Position numbers and translations under genes: made by a program
In this document: one piece after another, positions 25,959-32,000 of the stretch
Numbering within the stretch: the stretch's first letter is position 1
How the letters are laid out: the number at the start of each line of letters is the position of its first letter
Notes under the pieces: generated by a model
The model's input: only the letters and a program-made list of their open reading frames with translations
Databases searched by the model: none
Told to the model about the DNA's origin: nothing
NCBI RefSeq assembly: GCF_000284115.1
Contig: NC_017080.1
Span: forward strand, 210,001-242,000
DNA length: 32,000 nucleotides
Direction: 5' to 3'
Source: Phycisphaera mikurensis NBRC 102666
GTDB lineage: Bacteria; Planctomycetota; Phycisphaerae; Phycisphaerales; Phycisphaeraceae

Positions 25959-27401
25959 TCACGCCTCGATCCGCTCCCACGCCCCGCGTCTCCATCGCCA
26001 CCAGAAGGCGACGGCCTGGGCGGCGACGTAGGCGGAGAGCGCGACCCAGGCCATGTGCACGGCGTACGCGTCGAAGAGCACCGTCGCCAGCCAGCCGCCG
26101 CCGAGCAGGACGATCGTCGCGGAGAAGGCGGTGAACACGGCGGGGAAGCGGTTGTCGCCGGCGCCGCGGAGGGCGCCCAAGTAGATGAACTGCACGGCGT
26201 CGCTCCACTGGAAGCTCACGCCGATCCACAGCAGCACGATGCCCAGCGCGGCGACCTCGGCGTCGGCCGCGACCCCGCCGACGATCCACGGGCCGGCCGT
26301 GAAGGCGAGCAGGCCGCAGAAGCCGACCCACGCGGCGGCGATCCGCATCGCGACGGCGGCCGCCCGGCGGGCCCGCCCGCGGTCGCCGGCGCCGAGGCTC
26401 TCGCCGACCACGGCGGTCACGGCGATGCCGATGCCGATGCACGGCATGAAGGCGATCTCCGAGAACTTGAAGGCGATGTTGCTCGCCGCGGCGGGCACCG
26501 TGCCCAGGCCCGAGACGAGCCCGACGATGAAGAAGCCGAACACCAGGAACTCCAGCCCGGACTGGAGGCCGGCCGGCACGCCCAGCTTCACCATCCGCCG
26601 CAGCCGCGGCCGCGACGGCCCGGGGGCGGGCCAGGTGGCGAACGCGGCCCGCATCCGCGGCCGCAGCATCCAGCCGGCGAGGATCGCCGCCTGCAGGAAG
26701 GCCGCCGCGGTCGTGGCCCACGCCGCGCCATCCATGCCCAGCGCCGGGGCGCCCAGGTTTCCGTAGATGAGGACCCAGTTGCCGCCGATGTTCAAGGCGT
26801 TCGCCACGACGGTGGCCCAGAAGGTGACGGCCGGCCGCTGCACCGCCGTGAAGAAGTTCGAAACCGCCATCGCCACCACCGTGGGGAACACGCCCAAGAG
26901 CGCGATCTGCACGTAGCCGGTCTCCAACGCCTCGACCTCGGGCGTGTGGCCCGCGGCCGCGAAGAGCGGGCCGGCGAAGGGCCAGAACGCCAGCGCGGCC
27001 AGCGCGAACGCGAGCGAAGCCCAGACCCCCTGCCACGCCCAGGCGCCCGCGTCGGCCCTGTCGCCCCGCCCGAACGCCTGCGAGGCGAGCGTGCTGACCG
27101 CCGTCATCCCGCCCATGCCGAAGGACACCACGGCGAAGACGACCACCGTCGCCGGCACGATCGCGGCCTGCTCGTCGACGCCGAGCCGCGAGACCATCAG
27201 GAAGTCGGCGAAGCTCATGACCGTCCGCGAGGCGAGCGCCGCGATGGTCGGCAGCGCGATGCGCAGCAGCACCCGCAGCGGCGGCGGGAGGTCGGCGGGA
27301 GCGTTCGGGGGAGGATCGGTGGCGGGCACGGGGGAGGAGCATGGCAAGCCCGCGGGCCCTCCGTACGCTCGGCGCATGGCTTCCCCCGTGCGCGACTTCA
27401 T
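25959..27401 (-). CDS. MATE-family efflux transporter
   Basis: 12-TM-type protein. The N-terminus LLRIALPTIAALASRTVMSFADFLMVSRLG and the overall pattern are typical of MATE (NorM/DinF). The start is uncertain (ATG 27401, ATG 27377 or GTG 27329), because the first two overlap the divergent downstream gene. Confidence 0.85.
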   Translation of the reverse strand: MKSRTGEAMRRAYGGPAGLPCSSPVPATDPPPNAPADLPPPLRVLLRIALPTIAALASRTVMSFADFLMVSRLGVDEQAAIVPATVVVFAVVSFGMGGMTAVSTLASQAFGRGDRADAGAWAWQGVWASLAFALAALAFWPFAGPLFAAAGHTPEVEALETGYVQIALLGVFPTVVAMAVSNFFTAVQRPAVTFWATVVANALNIGGNWVLIYGNLGAPALGMDGAAWATTAAAFLQAAILAGWMLRPRMRAAFATWPAPGPSRPRLRRMVKLGVPAGLQSGLEFLVFGFFIVGLVSGLGTVPAAASNIAFKFSEIAFMPCIGIGIAVTAVVGESLGAGDRGRARRAAAVAMRIAAAWVGFCGLLAFTAGPWIVGGVAADAEVAALGIVLLWIGVSFQWSDAVQFIYLGALRGAGDNRFPAVFTAFSATIVLLGGGWLATVLFDAYAVHMAWVALSAYVAAQAVAFWWRWRRGAWERIEA

Positions 27402-28359
27402 CGAGTACCACTTCCTCCACTACAACGCGCGGGAGCTGACCGCCTGCGCCAACGGCTTCCGGGCTCACCTCGACGCCGGCGGCAAGATGATGGTCACCCT
27501 CGCGGGCGCGATGAGCACGGCCCGCATCGGCCGCTCGCTCGCGCCGATGATCCGCGCCGGTCATGTCCACGCCATCACCTGCACGGGCGCGAACCTCGAG
27601 GAAGACGTCTTCAACCTGCTCGCTTCCGACCGCTACGAGGCGCTTCCGCACTGGCGCTCGCTGTCGGCCGAGGACGAGGTCGCCCTCTACGAGCGCGGCA
27701 TGAACCGCGTCACCGACACCGCGATTCCCGAGGACGTGATGCGCGAGGTCGAGAAGCGGATGCACGTGCTCTGGGCCGCGGCCGCCGCGGACGGCCGCCG
27801 GCTCTTCCCCTACGAGATGTTCCGCGAGGTGCTCGGGCAGGAGGATCTCGCCGGGCACTTCGTCCTCGATCCGGCCGAGTCTTGGATGCTCGCCGCGAAG
27901 GAGGCCGGCATCCCGATCTACACGCCCGGCTGGGAGGACTCCACGATGGGCAACATGTTCACCGCCTGGTGCATGCGCGAAGGCCACGAGGCCCACCCGG
28001 TGCTCCGCTCCGGAACCGAGGCGCTGGCCGCGCTGGCCGCCTGGTACCGCGACGCCAGCGGGCCCGGCACCGGCCGCCCCAGCGTCGGCTTCTTCCAGAT
28101 CGGCGGCGGCATCGCCGGCGACTTCCCGATCTGCGCCGTGCCGATGCTCATCCAGGATCTGGAGGAGGCGGACACCCCGTTCTGGGGCTTCTTCGCCCAG
28201 ATCAGCGACGCGGTCACCAGCTACGGCGGCTACTCGGGCGCCGTGCCGAACGAGAAGATCACCTGGGGCAAGCTCGCGGCGAGCACGCCGAAGTTCATGA
28301 TCCAGAGCGACGCCACGATCGTGGCGCCGCTGATCTTCGCCCACGTGCTGGGCGACTGA
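27376..28359 (+). CDS. Deoxyhypusine synthase-like protein
   Basis: 327 aa. TLAGAMSTARIG, AITCTGANLEEDVF, TDTAIPEDV, FQIGGGIAGDFPICAVPM and KITWGKL match the deoxyhypusine synthase (DS) family. Confidence 0.85.
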   Translation: MASPVRDFIEYHFLHYNARELTACANGFRAHLDAGGKMMVTLAGAMSTARIGRSLAPMIRAGHVHAITCTGANLEEDVFNLLASDRYEALPHWRSLSAEDEVALYERGMNRVTDTAIPEDVMREVEKRMHVLWAAAAADGRRLFPYEMFREVLGQEDLAGHFVLDPAESWMLAAKEAGIPIYTPGWEDSTMGNMFTAWCMREGHEAHPVLRSGTEALAALAAWYRDASGPGTGRPSVGFFQIGGGIAGDFPICAVPMLIQDLEEADTPFWGFFAQISDAVTSYGGYSGAVPNEKITWGKLAASTPKFMIQSDATIVAPLIFAHVLGD

Positions 28360-28388
28360 GCCACTCCAGCCTCCGTCGTCCGGTTGGT

Positions 28389-29042
28389 ATGCCCCGCCGA
28401 TGGCACGACCTGTACCGTCGCAAGATGCCGCCGCCGGACCCACAGCGGGAGCACGTGAGCCTGGCGGAGCGGGCTGCCATCGCGCAGCGGATCAAGTTGC
28501 GACTTCCCGATCTCTCGAGCTGGAGCGGCGTGCTCCACCGGGTTGCGTCGCCCGCGTTTGCACGGCAGGACGACCGCCTCGCGGGCGTCGGCGCCGCCCG
28601 GTTCGGCGGACGGTGGAACCCCCTTGGTCTGCAAGCGGTCTACGCCTCTTTCGAGGAGGCGACCGCTCTGGCAGAGAGCCAGAGCATCGAAGAGTTCTAC
28701 GGGCTCATCCCTGACGACCTGCGTCCCAAGACGCTCTTCCGCTTCAGGGCGGCGGGTCTTCGCGTGCTGGATCTGACCGAGGGCTCACTCCGCAACCGAC
28801 TCCGGATCGGTGAGAAGCGTCTGCTCGGGTGCGACTGGCGGCTGCCGCCGGATCGGAGCGACGATGGAGAACTCCTGGCCGAGCCGTTGACGCAGGCGGT
28901 CGGACGCGTCGCCGCCGAAGCCGGCGTTCACGCGCTCCGGGTCCCATCCACCCGGATCAGAGGGCGGCACAACCCCGTCGTCTTCCCACGCAATCTCCCA
29001 CAACCCGACATGCTCCAGACGCTGCACCCGAGCGACCTGTGA
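28389..29042 (+). CDS. RES-domain toxin (NAD+-targeting RES family of RES-Xre TA systems)
   Basis: ARFGGRWNPLGLQAVYASFEEATALAE ... HALRVPSTRIRGRHNPVVFP contains the R, E and S hallmark positions of RES domains. ATG 28389; ATG 28425 is an alternative. Only the last 218 codons of the 1034-aa track ORF are used. Confidence 0.8.
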   Translation: MPRRWHDLYRRKMPPPDPQREHVSLAERAAIAQRIKLRLPDLSSWSGVLHRVASPAFARQDDRLAGVGAARFGGRWNPLGLQAVYASFEEATALAESQSIEEFYGLIPDDLRPKTLFRFRAAGLRVLDLTEGSLRNRLRIGEKRLLGCDWRLPPDRSDDGELLAEPLTQAVGRVAAEAGVHALRVPSTRIRGRHNPVVFPRNLPQPDMLQTLHPSDL

Positions 29043-29107
29043 CGAAGACCTGCAATTTTGCGTGCCTGCGCCTACGCTTGGGCACCGTGTCAGCCGAAAG
29101 CCTCCTG

Positions 29108-29533
29108 ATGCCTTCCGCACCTACCCGCGCCACAACACCGACGACCCGCACCGCTCCACCGGCTGGGAAATCTCCTCGGCGCTCCCAAGCCGGCGGGCAG
29201 ATCAGCCAACCTCTGCAGATCCGCAAGCTGCTGGGACTCACGCAGGAAAATGGAGCACGCCTGCTCGGCGTCAGCGTCCGCACGCTCAGTGGCTGGGAGG
29301 GCTCGTCGGGCAAACCCGTGCGCACCACGGGGCCCAACCGGCGACGCCTGGAGGAAGTGAACCGCCTCCAACGGTCGTTGAGCCGGATCTTGAAGGAGGA
29401 TCGCATCGGCCCGTGGCTGCTTCGAGCCAACCCCGCCTTCGATGGCAGGACGCCCCTCGACGTCATTGAAGCCGGCGAGAGCGACCGGCTCTGGCGGATG
29501 ATCCACGAGGTGGGAACGGGCAACCCAGGCTGA
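29108..29533 (+). CDS. Xre-type HTH antitoxin with DUF2384 (MbcA/ParS-like toxin-binding) domain
   Basis: HTH: IRKLLGLTQENGARLLGVSVRTLSGWE. The C-terminus WLLRANPAFDGRTPLDVIEAGESDRLWRMIHEV is typical of DUF2384. It lies directly downstream of the RES gene. Confidence 0.8.
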   Translation: MPSAPTRATTPTTRTAPPAGKSPRRSQAGGQISQPLQIRKLLGLTQENGARLLGVSVRTLSGWEGSSGKPVRTTGPNRRRLEEVNRLQRSLSRILKEDRIGPWLLRANPAFDGRTPLDVIEAGESDRLWRMIHEVGTGNPG

Positions 29534-29598
29534 ATCCGAGCAACGCCAGCGCGGCGGGAGCAGCGGCACGCAGCGCCCGCCGCCTGCTGTGGGTCGGC

Positions 29599-30093
29599 GT
29601 GTTGCTCGTCCTCGCGGCGGTGCTGCTCGGCGCCGGGCTGTGCGGCCCGGCGATGACGATCGTGCCGGGCTTCGGGGAGCTCGAGGGCTGGGCCCGGCTG
29701 TTCGTGCCGGAGGACTTCACGCGGCCGAAGACCTTCAGCGTCGTGAGCGGGATCCTGGCCCTCTGGCACCACGGCGACCCGGCGATCGCGGCGCTGCTGG
29801 GGGCGTTCTCGATCGTCCTCCCGGTCGTGAAGCTCGCGGTGCTGGGCTACGGCCGCGGGAAGGTCGCCGCCGGCGGGCGGACGGGCTGGGTCTTCGACCT
29901 CGCCCATCATGCGGGGAAGTTCTCGATGCTCGACGTCGCCGTCATCGCCGTGCTGGTCGTCGCGGTCAAGGGCATGCCCGGCGGCACCGAGGTGGTCCCC
30001 GGCTGGGGCCTGTGGGCCTTCGCCGGCAGCGTCCTCCTGTCGATGATCGCGGGCATGGTGCTGGCGAGCGTGCCGACGCGGAGCGCCTTCTGA
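29599..30093 (+). CDS. PqiA-like (paraquat-inducible protein A family) single-domain membrane protein
   Basis: Four hydrophobic segments. AGKFSMLDVAVIAVLVVAV resembles the PqiA signature. The GTG start at 29599 is uncertain; the upstream in-frame sequence RSARRLLWVG would make a better N-terminus, but no ATG/GTG/TTG is available there. Confidence 0.65.
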   Translation: MLLVLAAVLLGAGLCGPAMTIVPGFGELEGWARLFVPEDFTRPKTFSVVSGILALWHHGDPAIAALLGAFSIVLPVVKLAVLGYGRGKVAAGGRTGWVFDLAHHAGKFSMLDVAVIAVLVVAVKGMPGGTEVVPGWGLWAFAGSVLLSMIAGMVLASVPTRSAF

Positions 30094-30252
30094 CCCGATG
30101 CGCCGGCCGGGCCGGCGGACCCGCCGCGTCTCGCGTGGCGCCGGCCGGCGCGAGGAGGCCGCTGGGCTCCACGGCCCCGGCCGGCTTGGTAGGTTGATCG
30201 CCGGAGAAGCTGGCGTTGCAGCTCTCCCGCTTCTTGAACCCTGGAGGCCGCG

Positions 30253-31047
30253 ATGAGCTCTCGAACCCGCGTCGTTCTGCTGACTCTGTTTTCCGGGGCT
30301 TGGGCCGCGAGCCCGGCCGGGGCCACGCCCGACTCGGGCTATGGCGTCCGCGTAGAGGCCGGCGGCTACGAGTCGCTGGACTTCGGCTTCACCGCCCTGC
30401 CCGCCGTCGATGGCGGAGAGTTCACGGCCTTCGCCGAGGCGGATCGGGAGATCTTCGGGCTCCGCGGCGAAGCGACGGCCTTCTACGAGGAGGGCTTGGG
30501 GTTCCTGCCGCGGCTGACCGCGTCGGCGGAGACCGTCGCGGCGCCCGGCGACCGGCTGGCGTCGGCGGCGACCGGCATCCAGGGGTTCCGCTTCGACGGG
30601 CAGGGGCCCACCGAGCTGGTCATCGACTACCAGCTCAGCGGCGACGTCACGCAGGGCAGCAACGCCGAGTCCTTCATCGGGGCCGACGTCTTCGTCTACC
30701 TCGGCTACGACGTGGCCTTCACCTCCCTGCTGAACCTGCGGACCGAGGAGGTCCCCGCCGAGGATCGGCTCGCGGAGTCCGTCCGGACGCTGACGGCTTC
30801 GGGGTCCATCAGCGACCAGCTCCGCTTCCTCATCCTGCCCGGCGAGGACTTCTACGTGGCGGCCGAGCTCGTCGCCTCCGCCGAGCGTGGCGGGGTCGCC
30901 GACGCCCGGAGCACCCTCACGCTCTCCTTCGAGGACACCACCGACTTGATCGCGGCCCTGCCGCTGAGCATCCCCGAGCCCGCCTCGGGCGCCGCGTTGC
31001 TGCTCGCCGGAGCCGGCCTGCTCCGCCGCCGCCAAGCGGAACGCTGA
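30253..31047 (+). CDS. PEP-CTERM sorting-domain protein (secreted, unknown function)
   Basis: GGAGG lies 6 nt upstream of ATG 30253. Signal peptide MSSRTRVVLLTLFSGAWAASPAGA. C-terminus IPEPASGAALLLAGAGLLRRRQAER. Confidence 0.8.
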   Translation: MSSRTRVVLLTLFSGAWAASPAGATPDSGYGVRVEAGGYESLDFGFTALPAVDGGEFTAFAEADREIFGLRGEATAFYEEGLGFLPRLTASAETVAAPGDRLASAATGIQGFRFDGQGPTELVIDYQLSGDVTQGSNAESFIGADVFVYLGYDVAFTSLLNLRTEEVPAEDRLAESVRTLTASGSISDQLRFLILPGEDFYVAAELVASAERGGVADARSTLTLSFEDTTDLIAALPLSIPEPASGAALLLAGAGLLRRRQAER

Positions 31048-31157
31048 GCCCGCTTCGACGGCTTGCGTGGCTCGGACCCGACCGGGCGGTCGCTCGGCTC
31101 CGTTACGCCTTCCCGCTCTCCGCGATCCAGCGGGGGACTGCCCCGGCGCCGCTGGAC

Positions 31158-31203
31158 CCGCGGACCGTCGCTCGTTTCGGCTGAAAGCGTCGGCGGTCCG
31201 CGG
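31158..31203. repeat. 46-nt palindromic REP-like element, copy 5
   Basis: ccgcggaccgtcgctcgtttcggctgaaagcgtcggcggtccgcgg. It lies between convergent genes and ends 4 nt before the transketolase-family stop codon. Confidence 0.75.
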
Positions 31204-31207
31204 ATGC

Positions 31208-32000
31208 TCAGCCCATCAGCTTCCGGAAGCTCTTCTCGATGCCCTCGGGGTCGAGGCCCTGGAAGCCCATCTGGCGCCAGAGGCCGCCCGAGCCCTCGGC
31301 GTGGGTGCCGATGTGGTCGTAGCGGCCGGTGAAGCCGGCCTTCAGAAGCATCGAGCCGAAGCGGGAGCCCAGGCCGGTCTTGACGTTGAGCTCCTCGGCG
31401 ACGAGCACACGCGGGGCGGCGGCGAGCTTGCTCATCATCGCGTCGTCGGTGGTGTTGAGGCAGGCCTTGTTCACGAGGCCGACCTTCTTGCCATCTCCGC
31501 GGAGCGCCTCGACCGCGGCGAGGGCGCGGTGCAGGGTGGCGCCGAAGCTGACGATCACGCCGTCGGAGAAATCGTCGCGGATGGCGTCGTCGGTGCCCGG
31601 CTCGAAGGACCGGCCCGCGTAGAACCGCGAGCCGTCCTCGGCGAGGATCCACGGCAGCTTGCTGCGGTTGGAGAACACGAAGCGGAGGCCGACGTCGTCG
31701 AAGACCCGCTTCACGCAGGCTTCGAACTGGGCGGGGTCCCCGGGGAAGTAGAGACGCGTCGTGTCCGCGTGGCTGTCGGGGGAGTGGTCCGTGTCGGCGG
31801 GCGCCCCCGGGATGCCGCCGTCGGCGAAGAAGTGGTTGATGCCGAAGTGGCACGTGTTGTCGGCCATGTCGTCCACGCCGGAGTGGCTGAAGTGGCAGAG
31901 CACGTTGCTCTGGTTCAGCCGCGCCATCGTGATCTCGGAGATGCACATCTCCAGGAAGGCCGAGAAGGTGGAGAAGACCCCCTGCCGTCCCTCCTCCATG
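31208..32000 (-). CDS. Transketolase-family protein, pyrimidine-binding/C-terminal domains; 5' end outside window
   Basis: VFSTFSAFLEM...CHFSHSGVDDMADNTCHFG aligns with the transketolase/DXS Pyr-domain region (the position of GEDGPTHQ), followed by a C-terminal domain. The ATG at 31999 falls mid-domain, so the gene must continue upstream. Confidence 0.7.
   Translation of the reverse strand, partial: MEEGRQGVFSTFSAFLEMCISEITMARLNQSNVLCHFSHSGVDDMADNTCHFGINHFFADGGIPGAPADTDHSPDSHADTTRLYFPGDPAQFEACVKRVFDDVGLRFVFSNRSKLPWILAEDGSRFYAGRSFEPGTDDAIRDDFSDGVIVSFGATLHRALAAVEALRGDGKKVGLVNKACLNTTDDAMMSKLAAAPRVLVAEELNVKTGLGSRFGSMLLKAGFTGRYDHIGTHAEGSGGLWRQMGFQGLDPEGIEKSFRKLMG

Noticed and set aside
25938-28388. 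N-terminal ~815 codons of ORF 25938-29042(+)
   Set aside because: This part overlaps the MATE gene (antisense) and the DHS-like gene (out of frame). Only the terminal 218 codons form a RES domain.

Overview
Very GC-rich bacterial chromosomal window with about 30 protein genes on both strands. I recognised no rRNA, tRNA, CRISPR array, transposase or integrase. Two PEP-CTERM proteins, an H-X9-DG/DUF1559 prepilin-like protein, and eukaryote-like genes (GT3 glycogen synthase, ankyrin repeats, deoxyhypusine-synthase-like) point to Planctomycetota, probably Phycisphaerae-like; this is an inference. Left to right the window holds: the 3' end of an AMP-dependent ligase, a LolA/LolB-like lipoprotein and a CPA1 Na+/H+ antiporter. 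Next is a partial F-type ATP synthase operon atpB-E-F-H-A that stops after alpha. Then a convergent GH4 glycosidase with a divergent AraC regulator. A minus-strand run follows: GT3 glycogen synthase, PfkB kinase, a 666-aa secreted low-complexity/TPR-like protein, and an S4-less TlyA-type methyltransferase. After that come an ankyrin protein, greA plus a thioredoxin-like gene, a PEP-CTERM protein, an H-X9-DG protein and rpsU. Then an unusually long membrane pyrophosphatase (hppA), DUF2784, cysK plus a small HExxH protein, a MATE exporter and a deoxyhypusine-synthase-like gene. The window ends with a toxin-first RES/Xre(DUF2384) toxin-antitoxin pair, a single-domain PqiA-like protein, a second PEP-CTERM protein and the 3' part of a transketolase-family gene. 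The most unusual signals are non-coding. (i) A family of exactly 46-nt palindromic REP-like elements with CCGCGGACCG/CGGTCCGCGG clamps sits at gene 3' ends: five canonical copies plus two variants. (ii) Two copies of a composite element lie directly after the stop codons of atpB and hppA. Each has an 8-nt-periodic purine array (CGAAGAAG-type units, 6 and 18 units), a spacer, then four complementary pyrimidine octamers (CTTCYYCG). Many long overlapping ORFs in the six-frame track are high-GC shadow ORFs and are not called. Three gene pairs show 4-nt GTGA start/stop overlaps (725-728, 11358-11361, 25524-25527), suggesting translational coupling. All functional calls rest on my reading of the translations; no database search was run.
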